A DNA stretch of 64,000 nt from Sedimentisphaerales bacterium (GTDB taxonomy: Bacteria > Planctomycetota > Phycisphaerae > Sedimentisphaerales > SM23-30): the NCBI GenBank assembly GCA_963663805.2, contig CAXXMR010000008.1, forward strand, positions 64,001 to 128,000. Reading direction: 5' to 3'. Position numbers and translations under genes: made by a program. This document shows, piece after piece, positions 54,949 to 64,000 of the stretch. Each line of letters starts with the position of its first letter. The stretch's first letter is position 1. The notes below the pieces were generated by a model that ran no database searches, was not told the origin of the DNA, and worked only from the letters and a program-made list of their open reading frames with translations.

Positions 54949-55044
54949 CGCCGAAGGCGAAACCGTGCCGTTGCCGTTAAATAAAATAGTTCCGACCGAA
55001 GGACGGCACCTGGCCGTTCCCCTCATGCCTCATGCCTCATGCCT
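54949..55044 (-). repeat. Two AACGGC hairpin units + (AGGCATG)3 overlapping the metX 3' end
   Basis: CGCCGAAGGCG..GCCGTT at 54949-54972; CCGAAGG..GCCGTT at ~54995-55018; CATGCCT x3. Confidence 0.8.
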
Positions 55045-56186
55045 TGTGCATCTGCCTGACTGGCCCGCTCCAGAAAATACCTCACCAGCGGTGCCTGCTT
55101 CTCATGGTCCAGCAAAAACGCGTCATGTCCAAAATCCGAACTAATCTCATAATAAGTTGCTTCCCCGCCCGCCATCCGCACCGCCTTAGCTACATCCTTC
55201 AACTGCTGAGGCGGATAAAGCCAGTCACTTGAAAACGCTATCAACAAAAATATCGCTTTACTTTTCTGGAACGCCTCTGTCAGCGAACCATACTTCTCGC
55301 TCAAATCAAAATAATCCAACGCCTTAGTTAGATACAGTAGCGTATTCGCGTCAAACCGCTCCACAAAAGCCTTTCCCTGATGCTGCAAATAGGTCTCAAC
55401 CTCAAACTCTTTCGCGAAATCATAGCCAAACTTCTCCCGATTCCGCAGCCGCCGCCCAAACTTCTGCTCCATCCCCTTCTCCGAAAGATACGTAATATGC
55501 CCCGTCATCCGCGCTACCGCCAACCCCAGCCGCGGACCCTGCCCCCCATAATAATGACCACCCTGCCATGCTGGGTCAGCCATTATCGACTGCCGCGATA
55601 ATTCATTAAACGCGATTTGCTGAGGCGAATGACGATATGTCGTCGCCATCGCTATTACTGACCGCACCCGCTCCGGATAAAGTGCCGCCCATTCCAAAAC
55701 CAGCATTCCCCCCATCGAACCGCCCGCTACTGACAGTAGAGTTTCCACTCCCAGATAATCCAGCAGCCCAGCCTGAACATTCACCATATCCCGCACCGTG
55801 ATTACCGGAAAATCCGTCCCCCATTCTTTTTCAGTACTCGGATTAACCGAACTTGGCCCCGTCGTCCCATAGCACCCACCCAGTACATTCGAGCAAATCA
55901 CAAAATACTTATCCGTATCGAAAGCCTTGCCCGGCCCAATCATCACATCCCACCACCCCGGCTTCTCGTCTCCTTCGTACCAGCCCGCCGCGTGGGCCCC
56001 GCCCGAAAGAGCGTGACAAACCAGAATCGCGTTATCCTTCTTCACGCTCAACTGCCCATAAGTCTCATAAGCAACCCTGACCGTACCCAAATCCACCCCG
56101 CTCTCCAACCGCAAACCACCCCCCAGCTCCGCATAGCAAAGCTCAACAACCCCAACCCCCGAATATCGCTCATCCTGTTCATTCAT
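55023..56186 (-). CDS. metX: Homoserine O-acetyltransferase
   Basis: CHALSG, GWWD, GGSMGG, DWLYP, GHDAFL. Confidence 0.94.
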   Translation of the reverse strand: MNEQDERYSGVGVVELCYAELGGGLRLESGVDLGTVRVAYETYGQLSVKKDNAILVCHALSGGAHAAGWYEGDEKPGWWDVMIGPGKAFDTDKYFVICSNVLGGCYGTTGPSSVNPSTEKEWGTDFPVITVRDMVNVQAGLLDYLGVETLLSVAGGSMGGMLVLEWAALYPERVRSVIAMATTYRHSPQQIAFNELSRQSIMADPAWQGGHYYGGQGPRLGLAVARMTGHITYLSEKGMEQKFGRRLRNREKFGYDFAKEFEVETYLQHQGKAFVERFDANTLLYLTKALDYFDLSEKYGSLTEAFQKSKAIFLLIAFSSDWLYPPQQLKDVAKAVRMAGGEATYYEISSDFGHDAFLLDHEKQAPLVRYFLERASQADAQGMRHEA

Positions 56187-56218
56187 AGATAGACTGTCCC
56201 GCCTAAAATCTTTAGCTG

Positions 56219-56264
56219 TTGCCGTTTAAAATCCGCGTCAATCCGCGTAATTCGCGGTTAAATC
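56219..56264 (+). repeat. TTGCCGTT + 9/10-mer array, copy 2
   Basis: Near-identical to 52059-52103. Confidence 0.85.
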
Positions 56265-56275
56265 TTTTTGTCTTT

Positions 56276-57583
56276 TTAACGTTGCGATAAACCTATCGCC
56301 TCATCCAAATCACCAATGATGTCGTCAATATCCTCAATCCCAATTGACAGCCGAATGAAATCTTCACTAACCCCCGCCGCCAACTGTTCATCTTTCGATA
56401 ACTGCTGATGCGTAGTCGATGCCGGATGAATAATCAAACTTTTAGCGTCCCCGATATTAGCTAAATGACTGAACAGCTTTACTGCCTCAATCAGCTTTAT
56501 GCCTGCTGTAAGACCGCCTTTGATGCCAAATCCTATAATCGCCCCCGCCCCGTCCGGCAAATACTTCTGAACCCGCGCGTAATCCGCATGACTTTCCAGC
56601 CCCGGATAATTCACCCACGCTACCGCCGGATTACCCGCCAGATACTTCGCCACTGCCAAAGCGTTATCGCAGTGCCGCTCCATCCGCAAATGCAGCGTCT
56701 CAATCCCCTGCAAAAGCAAAAACGAGTTGAACGGAGAAATGCAAGCCCCCATATCCCGCAGCAATTGCAGCCGAGCCTTGAATATATACGCCGCCCCCCG
56801 CACCAATGCCGCATCGTGCAGCCCGAACGCATCCCAGAATACCAGCCCGTGATAAGATTCGTCAGGCCGACATATCTCCGGAAAATCACCCTGAGACCAG
56901 TCAAAACGTCCCGAATCCACTATCGCCCCGCCTATGCTCGTACCGTGTCCGCCCATGAATTTCGTCAGCGAATAACAAACCACATCCGCCCCATAGTCCA
57001 TCGGATTAAATATGTAAGGCGAAACCGTATTGTCCACAAAAAACGGAATATTGTGACCATGAGCCGCCGCCGCCACCGCCTCAAAATCCGCCACCGCGTT
57101 TTTCGGATTCCCTATAGACTCCACATAAACCAGCCGGGTTTTCTCGTCGATAGCCTTTTCAAAATTCCCCGCTTCCGACTGGTCCACAAACCGCGCCTCA
57201 ATCCCGAACTTAGCCAGCGTATGACGGAACATATTGTATGTCCCCCCATAAAGCGCATTGCCAGCCACAATATTCTGACCTGCCTGCGTGATATTCAGAA
57301 CCGCAGCCGCAATCGCCGCCGAACCCGAAGCGAACGCCAAAGCGCCCACGCCCCCATGCAGCGCCGCCAGCCGCTTCTCCAGAACATCGGTCGTCGGGTT
57401 CATCAGCCGAGTATAAATATTGCCGAATTCCTTCAGCCCAAACAGATTGGCCGCATGTGCCGCCGAGTCAAATGTATAAGAGCTAGTCTGATATATCGGC
57501 ACTGCCCGCGAATGAGTATCCGAGTCAACCTCATGCCCCGCATGCAATGCCTTAGTACTATTTTTCCAGTTACGTTCTGCCAT
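56276..57583 (-). CDS. metY: O-acetylhomoserine aminocarboxypropyltransferase
   Basis: PIYQT, IYTR..NPT, SLTKF.GGHG, HLANIGD.KS, HPASTTH. Confidence 0.94.
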   Translation of the reverse strand: MAERNWKNSTKALHAGHEVDSDTHSRAVPIYQTSSYTFDSAAHAANLFGLKEFGNIYTRLMNPTTDVLEKRLAALHGGVGALAFASGSAAIAAAVLNITQAGQNIVAGNALYGGTYNMFRHTLAKFGIEARFVDQSEAGNFEKAIDEKTRLVYVESIGNPKNAVADFEAVAAAAHGHNIPFFVDNTVSPYIFNPMDYGADVVCYSLTKFMGGHGTSIGGAIVDSGRFDWSQGDFPEICRPDESYHGLVFWDAFGLHDAALVRGAAYIFKARLQLLRDMGACISPFNSFLLLQGIETLHLRMERHCDNALAVAKYLAGNPAVAWVNYPGLESHADYARVQKYLPDGAGAIIGFGIKGGLTAGIKLIEAVKLFSHLANIGDAKSLIIHPASTTHQQLSKDEQLAAGVSEDFIRLSIGIEDIDDIIGDLDEAIGLSQR

Positions 57584-57880
57584 TATAATAACTCCTGTTT
57601 TCGTGTATCCAAGCTAAGCGTTTCCCACCCCAATCTCAAGCCTATTCCAGCCTTAAAAACTTTATAAGACCGCAGTTGTGGTTTGCAGAGTATAGTACTA
57701 TAATGCATACTATCCCACTAGGAAATCTTTTCCCGCAAGCCGACAAGTCATTACTTTTACTCTTTATAAGTCGGTATTTAGCCTTTGCTACTCTAGTGCT
57801 AAGTCACTCCGCCCTGCCAGCTGTTCCTCGCAATTATTTGACATCCTTCCAACCCCCGCTAAAATAACCAGTTAGCTAAA

Positions 57881-58834
57881 ATGACCAAAAAGCCCAAAAA
57901 AAAGAAGAAGGCCCACTCACCCACCCGCGACCTGCTGGTATATATAGTTATGCGCCTGGTAGGCCTAACCATCCAGGCGGTGCCTACCAGGATTTCGCTT
58001 AGTTTCGCCCGTTTTTTAGGCCACGGCATGTACCTTATCTACGAAAGAGGCCGTACCCGCGCCCACGACAATCTCCGCCAAGCATTCCCCGATAAACCCC
58101 AGGAATGGATAGAACACACTGCCCGCCGCAGCTTCGAGCATCTCGTCATGCTCGTTTTCGACGTTTTCAACACTACCAGGCTCATTCGTCGTACCACCTG
58201 GCACCGCTATATCCACTTCGAGAACATCGGCCCCGCCCTCGAACACATCCTCGATGGCCGCGGCGTTATCATGGTAACAGGCCATTACGGCAACTTTGAA
58301 GTTCTTGGCTATGCCCTGGCGACCTTCGGCCTGAGTACCTACAGCGTAGGCCGGCCCATAGATAACCCCTATGTGAACAAGTACTTATACGGAGTACGCC
58401 AGAAGCAGGGCCAAACCATCATCGACAAAAAAGGTGCCGCCCAGGACATGCAGAGAATATTAGCCTCCGGTGCCGCCCTCGGCCTGGTCGCCGACCAGAA
58501 CGGCAGCAAGAAGGACATCTTCGTCGATTTCTTCGGCAAAAAAGCCGCCACTTACAAAAGCATTGGCCTACTAGCCATGAACTATAATGTCCCCATAGTA
58601 GTAGGCTCCGCCCGCCGCCTCGACGACGACTACAAATTCTGCATCTCCATCAGCCGCGTAATAACCCCCGAACAATGGCAGGACCAGCCCGACCCCCTCC
58701 ACTGGATAACTCAGGAATACACCACCGCCATAGAAGATTTCATCGGAATCGACCCCGAACAATACTGGTGGATACACCGCCGCTGGAAAACCAGACCGCC
58801 CGAAGAACGTAAAAAAAACAAAAACCCCGCCTGA
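57881..58834 (+). CDS. Lipid A biosynthesis acyltransferase (LpxL/HtrB family)
   Basis: H.GNFE, ADQ, FFG, PEQY.W.HRRWK. Confidence 0.9.
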   Translation: MTKKPKKKKKAHSPTRDLLVYIVMRLVGLTIQAVPTRISLSFARFLGHGMYLIYERGRTRAHDNLRQAFPDKPQEWIEHTARRSFEHLVMLVFDVFNTTRLIRRTTWHRYIHFENIGPALEHILDGRGVIMVTGHYGNFEVLGYALATFGLSTYSVGRPIDNPYVNKYLYGVRQKQGQTIIDKKGAAQDMQRILASGAALGLVADQNGSKKDIFVDFFGKKAATYKSIGLLAMNYNVPIVVGSARRLDDDYKFCISISRVITPEQWQDQPDPLHWITQEYTTAIEDFIGIDPEQYWWIHRRWKTRPPEERKKNKNPA

Positions 58835-58863
58835 CCTCCCACAAATTATTTGTTATATTTCCC

Positions 58864-59865
58864 TTAGACGGCGATTTCAGCTTTTAATTGCCGTGTCATA
58901 AGCTCTGTGATTGCTTGAACAACCGGCTTGCCCTCAAACAGGATTTCGTGCACCGATTGAGCGATAGGCATCTCCACACCATATTTATTTGCGAGCTTAA
59001 TCACGCTTCGACAAGTGTTTATGCCTTCTACCTGCCCTGGAATTTCATCTGTTGCTTCTTCGGTTGTCTTGCCTGCTCCTATCATTTGCCCGAACGTTCG
59101 ATTTCGACCTGCCGGGCTATAGCAGGTTGTGATAAGGTCGCCCATACCGCTAAGTCCTGCAAATGTCTCAGGTTGCGCACCCATTGCTACCCCCAGTCGC
59201 GAAATTTCCACCAGTCCCCGTGTCAGCAGGGCTGCCTTGGCATTATTGCCGACTTCAAGCCCGTCGATTATCCCCGCTGCGATTGCAATCACATTTTTAG
59301 TGGCCCCAGCCAGTTCAACCCCCACTACATCGGTATTGGTATAAACCCGTAACCAGTTGGTACTAAAGGTATTCTGTACCTTCTGGCCGAGCGATGCGTC
59401 CGCACTGGCAATGGTAGATGTCGCCGGCAGGGCCTGGGCTAGTTCGTCGGCGATGTTTGGTCCGCTGAAAACCCCCAGGCTTCGGGGGCCGGTCACTTGT
59501 TCCAGGATTTGGGTCGGGCGCAGTAAAGTATTGTTCTCAATGCCTTTAGTGACCGATACGATCGGCATACTGCCGGGCAGATAAACATTGAGTCGTTCCC
59601 ACACCGGTCGCAAAAATACGCAAGGTACCGCTGATATTACCAATCCAATATCTTCGAAAGCCTTTGTGTCTTCAGAAGTTACGTCAACAGAAAGCGGCAG
59701 CCGCCAGCCCGGTAGAAACCGTTTATTCTCACGATTTTCCCGAATATTCCGGGCCTGCTCAGAATCATAGCTCCACAGAGAAACGCCATAACCCTTGTTA
59801 GCCAAGATAATTGCGCACACAGACCCCATTGCCCCATCCCCTATGACCGCAATACGTTCCGGCAT
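58864..59865 (-). CDS. gpsA: NAD(P)H-dependent glycerol-3-phosphate dehydrogenase
   Basis: G.GAMG, TKGIE, SGPN.A, KNVIAIA.G, GDLI.TC, RN. Confidence 0.95.
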   Translation of the reverse strand: MPERIAVIGDGAMGSVCAIILANKGYGVSLWSYDSEQARNIRENRENKRFLPGWRLPLSVDVTSEDTKAFEDIGLVISAVPCVFLRPVWERLNVYLPGSMPIVSVTKGIENNTLLRPTQILEQVTGPRSLGVFSGPNIADELAQALPATSTIASADASLGQKVQNTFSTNWLRVYTNTDVVGVELAGATKNVIAIAAGIIDGLEVGNNAKAALLTRGLVEISRLGVAMGAQPETFAGLSGMGDLITTCYSPAGRNRTFGQMIGAGKTTEEATDEIPGQVEGINTCRSVIKLANKYGVEMPIAQSVHEILFEGKPVVQAITELMTRQLKAEIAV

Positions 59866-60002
59866 AACAGCCTCCGCGCCCCTGTACTATGTCCCAAGTG
59901 CCAACTCTAAACTGTAGAAGCAGTTACAGTCTTATATCCTAAAAAGCAGCTCCGATGCCAGATAAAAATATCGACACTATTTTTGTGTTCGATAGTTGTT
60001 TT

Positions 60003-60172
60003 GTACTGAAAAAGGTGTTTTTAGTTCTGTTTTTGGTGATTTTTGGCGTAAAAAAACGTGTTTTTTTCGATTTTTCACGTTTTTTTCGATTTTTGGCGGC
60101 AGTAAACTATACTATATCACCTTTTTTCGATAATTTTTCTCAAAAAAGTATCGTATCGTATAGTTTTTGCTG
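60003..60172 (-). repeat. AT-rich dispersed repeat, copy 2
   Basis: Inverted homolog of 15445-15615. Confidence 0.85.
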
Positions 60173-60181
60173 AATGGAAGA

Positions 60182-60382
60182 AGGCATGAGGGGAGAAGGC
60201 AAGAGGCATGAGGCATGAGGCAAGAGTGAACGGCGTGGTGCCTGCCTTCGGCAGTGGTGCGTATCGCACTGATAGATCGCCGCGGTCGTTTGACGTATTT
60301 GACGCTTCCGTTGGTCGCTTCCGTGGTTGGCAAGTATGCTAACGGCGTGGTGCCTGCCTTCGGCAGGGGTTGTTTTATTTTG
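60182..60382 (+). repeat. Composite intergenic repeat, copy 2
   Basis: AGGCATG/AGGCAAG array, two identical AACGGCGTGGTGCCTGCCTTCGGCAG units flanking the core. Confidence 0.9.
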
Positions 60383-60482
60383 TTGTTGGTTTGGGGTTTT
60401 CTCACAATTATTGACTATTTTACCATCTCGCATTATTATCTACCCTTATGATACCCATATTTGCCAGTAAGGTTTTGGCGGC

Positions 60483-61361
60483 ATGAACTCACACCAGCCT
60501 CATCACGTGCGTCTGGCTTCATTGCCCGGTCGACTCCAGATAGTTGAGCAAATCATGTCTGAAGCGATCCGGGCGCCGCAAATTCGACCCTACTGCCCCC
60601 GTGCGCAATGGACTTTTTTTTGCGGGGTTACCCCCGAACAAAGAGTAGGTTATGCTGGCCAACTTGAAGCGGCGGGTAGATGTCTGGAATGGTTCACCTT
60701 TGACTACAAAATCCCGCTTTTCAACCTGACGCCCGCCCAGTTATGGCTCAAAGCGAATAAGAGCAAACTTTCCACGGAGAAATATCATCAGGCCTGCGAG
60801 TGTCTGGATTTTATTTCCGGTATTTTTGTCATCCAAAGTGTTACGCCCTGCGAGCTGGACGCGGCGGATTTGCTTCGTGCTTCTCAGCATTATCACATCA
60901 CTGAAAATATTATGACGCCCGAAATGCACGACGGGCAGTTGCTTATCGGTCGACTTTTTCCGCATGATGAGCATTACGTTATTTCCGGGATGGCTTCTCT
61001 GTTGAGCGACCAGGCGGCGGGCAGGCTCAGGGCCCTTATCGCTGACGATGAGCTTGAGCCGGAAATTGTGGTTGATGAACTTGACGGTATTACTCTGGAG
61101 AACCTTTGCGGTCGGAATCTTCTGGAAATTGACCATTTGGAAGATCTCGACCTGCTTCTGAGCCGTTTACGATATTATGTCGAGGAAATTTGTCCGGGGG
61201 GAATAACTTATGCCCGCCTGATGGACTTATTGAATAATAGTGATGAGCCGTTTACGATAGCTGAGCAGCTTTGCATACGTCTTGACATCGAATGTCAATT
61301 TGAAATGGAAGTGGTTTTGGCTTATGTAGTCTCAGCCTGGACGGTTATGCATCAGACATAG
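60483..61361 (+). CDS. Hypothetical protein
   Basis: 292-aa ORF; no motif recognised. Confidence 0.7.
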   Translation: MNSHQPHHVRLASLPGRLQIVEQIMSEAIRAPQIRPYCPRAQWTFFCGVTPEQRVGYAGQLEAAGRCLEWFTFDYKIPLFNLTPAQLWLKANKSKLSTEKYHQACECLDFISGIFVIQSVTPCELDAADLLRASQHYHITENIMTPEMHDGQLLIGRLFPHDEHYVISGMASLLSDQAAGRLRALIADDELEPEIVVDELDGITLENLCGRNLLEIDHLEDLDLLLSRLRYYVEEICPGGITYARLMDLLNNSDEPFTIAEQLCIRLDIECQFEMEVVLAYVVSAWTVMHQT

Positions 61362-62964
61362 CCGGTCGAGGAGCCAGTTCTGATGCCGCCTCAACGATAC
61401 CGGGGTCGAACTGGGTGCCGGAATTATTGCGAATTTCTTCGAGGGCCTTTTCAAAGTCACGGGCGGGCTGATAGGGTCGGTTTTCGGTCAGGGCAGTTAG
61501 AGCGTCAGCCACTGCCAGGATACCTACTTCGGGGAACCTGCCTTTTTCGTTGGTGTGAGCATCATAAGTTTTGTGATGAGTCTGTATGCAGTCCACGGTA
61601 AATTTGTCTGCTCCGAGCTTTTTCGAGAGCATTGCTCCAAAGTCGCTGTGCCGGGAAAGAAACTCCCACTGCTGTGGTGTCAACGGTTCGACCTGGCCCA
61701 GCAATTCTTCGGGAATGACGGCTTTGCCCAGGTCATGCAGTAAACCGGCCAGCATAATTCGTCTGGTCTGTGTTTGAGGCAGGGACATTTTTTGGGCCAG
61801 CTTACCCGCTGTCATTGCGACCTTTCGGCTATGGTTTCTGATATGTTCGGTTTGGTTGATGCCGAGCAGCGGGGCGGCGGCAATCAGGAACTTTTGCCAA
61901 TTATCAATGACATTGCCATCTTCCAGCTCTTTACTAACACTGAGGCAGTTGAATATTTGATTCATTCGCCAAGTGCAGGTTTGATTCCGTCCCTGTTTTT
62001 TAGCAAGGTACATAGCCTGGTCCGCCTGTTCGATAATATCGTAGTCCATTTTCCGGGTCGAGAAACTGGTTATACCCAGACTGGCGGTCACTTTAAGTTT
62101 GCCTTTGGGAGTTTCGGTAATTTCCTCGCTCAAGACATTGCGGAACGTCTCAGCCCAGCACCAGCCTCGGCTAATATCTGTTGAGGCCAGAATCATCAAA
62201 AATTCTTCACCGCCCCAGCGAATAGCGATATCGGCAGGTGTGACAGAATTTTTCAGCAGGCGACTTACGGTTACCAGGACCTGGTCGCCGGCTGGATGTC
62301 CATAATTATCGTTGATATTTTTGAAGTGGTCAATATCCATCAAAACACAGCAGGATTGTTCCCGGCGGTCTCGTGTGAAATTTCCGCAACAGAGCATTCT
62401 TTCGAAATATCTCCGGTTGTAGAGCCCTGTGAGCAGGTCGGTTTCGGCCAGGCGGGCTAATTCGTGATGCTGGTGACTGATACGCCGCTGCTGAAGATTA
62501 TATTTACGTTGTCTCTTTACAGCTAATTCGATGCGATTCCATAAGACATTGGGCTCAAGTGCCTCGAGTTTGGGGATAAAATCAACAGAACCATTTCTTA
62601 GACTGGAAATCACAATTTGCTGGTCCCTGCTGCTGGAGATAACCAGAGCGGGGCAGCCGTGCAGGTGAAAATCATTTTTCGAAAGCAGCTTATCGGCCGT
62701 GATGTCGGGAAGGTTATAGTCAACCAGTACACAATCAAAGCTTTGCTGACTTACAAGTTTCTGGAACTCCTTACCGCAACTGGCGACAGTAACTTCAATG
62801 TAGGGCCTGTTGGCTCGAATCAGCAGAGTCAACAACCGCTGATGGGCTGGGTTATCTTCAGCTAACAGTATTTTTATCGTATGGTCCGCAATTTTCGTTT
62901 CCATCCTGTCGTACTCCATATCCCCGACAAGGTATATAGAATATCGACTGATAAAACTGGGCAT
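61345..62964 (-). CDS. REC-GGDEF-HD(-GYP-like) c-di-GMP enzyme
   Basis: LLAED/VDY.LP, DIDHFK..ND.YGH..GD, RWGGEEF, LLHDLGK, RPY. Confidence 0.9.
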   Translation of the reverse strand: MPSFISRYSIYLVGDMEYDRMETKIADHTIKILLAEDNPAHQRLLTLLIRANRPYIEVTVASCGKEFQKLVSQQSFDCVLVDYNLPDITADKLLSKNDFHLHGCPALVISSSRDQQIVISSLRNGSVDFIPKLEALEPNVLWNRIELAVKRQRKYNLQQRRISHQHHELARLAETDLLTGLYNRRYFERMLCCGNFTRDRREQSCCVLMDIDHFKNINDNYGHPAGDQVLVTVSRLLKNSVTPADIAIRWGGEEFLMILASTDISRGWCWAETFRNVLSEEITETPKGKLKVTASLGITSFSTRKMDYDIIEQADQAMYLAKKQGRNQTCTWRMNQIFNCLSVSKELEDGNVIDNWQKFLIAAAPLLGINQTEHIRNHSRKVAMTAGKLAQKMSLPQTQTRRIMLAGLLHDLGKAVIPEELLGQVEPLTPQQWEFLSRHSDFGAMLSKKLGADKFTVDCIQTHHKTYDAHTNEKGRFPEVGILAVADALTALTENRPYQPARDFEKALEEIRNNSGTQFDPGIVEAASELAPRPAMSDA

Positions 62965-63348
62965 ATAACAGGAAATCGGGAATAAAACCGGCTATATATT
63001 TTTTTTTGGCATGTCCGGGTTGGGGAAATAGATTTTCAGCGAGTCAAAATGTGATTTTATAGGTCGTGATATCAGAAAGAATAAGAGGACCTGCCAAATC
63101 CTGTTTTTTTTTCAGAGTCGTACCGATAATAAATCCGGGTAAGTGTTCACAGTAGTTTTGTACTGGTTCAGCGTGAATTGGACAAATGGCTTTCACGATT
63201 AACTCTTAAACTTGCCTTCGGCAAGAGGTTTTTAGAGGCATAAGAAGGCTCTGAATTGTCTGCTGAATGCCTCACAAATGGGGCGGCAGGTGTATAATTG
63301 CCACCCCCACGACAATTCGTTGTCCCGGCTGGCTATCCCCTGGCAGGT

Positions 63349-63410
63349 TGCACTGTGCAGCCGCTGGTTATTGTAATGCTCCACAAAATCAGTCACAAAT
63401 CGACAGGCAG
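63349..63410 (-). pseudogene. Short remnant of an integrase-core (IS3/IS481-type) transposase
   Basis: FVEHYNNQRLHSA matches the YN..R.HS motif. Confidence 0.45.
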
Positions 63411-63481
63411 TGGTTGTTTTTATTTTCAAACAAGAAAAAAAAAGATTTGCCCCCTTTTTCGTTCTTGAGAGTGGGGGGGGG

Positions 63482-63892
63482 TTAGAATACCGGCTGGCTG
63501 AGGTATTTCATTATCTGCTTTACCAGCTTATTGGTAACCGGTTTGATAATATAAGAATCGCAGCCCAGTTCCCGGCAATGCTGAATTTGCTGGGCGTCAC
63601 TGCACGTTGTGACCATAATTACGGGCATTTTTTTAAGTTCAGGTTTTTTTTTGACCGTTTCCAGGACCTTCAGGCCATCGACTTTGGGCATGCGAATATC
63701 CAGCAGCAGGATATACGGACATTGGGCGTCCCTAGCCTGGAGATTGTCCTGCCGGAAGAATTCCAGGGTTTCCTGGCCATCGACCAGACGAATCATTTCG
63801 TTCTCTATCCCGCTGCGGTGTAACAGGTTGCGAGTAAGAACGTAATGGCCATCATCGTCTTCAGCGATAAGAATAACCGTGTTCTGTGCCAT
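63482..63892 (-). CDS. Single-domain response regulator
   Basis: ILIAEDD, LLDIRMP.VDG, YIIKP. Confidence 0.92.
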   Translation of the reverse strand: MAQNTVILIAEDDDGHYVLTRNLLHRSGIENEMIRLVDGQETLEFFRQDNLQARDAQCPYILLLDIRMPKVDGLKVLETVKKKPELKKMPVIMVTTCSDAQQIQHCRELGCDSYIIKPVTNKLVKQIMKYLSQPVF

Positions 63893-64000
63893 TTTGCCGA
63901 ACTCAGATAAACTAGAAATCCTAAATCCTAACCCAGATAAACTGGAAATTCTAATCTCAAAAATTCAAAACAACATAAACAACAAAAATATTTAACCGCG

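Noticed and set aside
7372..57667. Long antisense ORFs over gyrA, tig, the 19-kb gene, metW and metY
   Set aside because: They fully overlap well-supported genes on the opposite strand
60182..60382. CRISPR array from the two identical 26-bp units
   Set aside because: Only two units, the 86-bp interval is itself a conserved repeat, and no cas genes are present

Overview
Chromosomal segment of a bacterium that looks like a Planctomycetota (Phycisphaerae/Sedimentisphaerales-like) member. This is inferred from gene content: dockerin-like C-termini, PEP-CTERM proteins, a prepilin-type/H-X9-DG protein, tandem clpP and a short Hc1. It is mostly housekeeping and metabolic genes: fhs end, gyrA, kdgK, tig-clpP-clpP, tRNA-Gly, mnmA, tcdA/tatD, cheD/cheX, an MCP, GH27, a CCC transporter, hypF/E, metY-metX-metW-cysE and gpsA. 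Accessory features include an ISL3 element that cleanly interrupts a PEP-CTERM gene, a divergent HEPN-like two-gene module, a TonB receptor-YfiR-hybrid kinase module, and secreted proteins with predicted peptidase domains. The most unusual signal is non-coding: a modular family of intergenic repeats (heptamer arrays, AACGGC mini-hairpin units, a ~77-bp core and 9-mer arrays) that supplies the 3' ends of three consecutive genes, plus a second ~170-bp AT-rich repeat with an internal inverted repeat. Several single-base frameshifts are most likely sequencing errors. No CRISPR array, rRNA or prophage was seen. All family assignments are from motif recognition by eye, not database searches.
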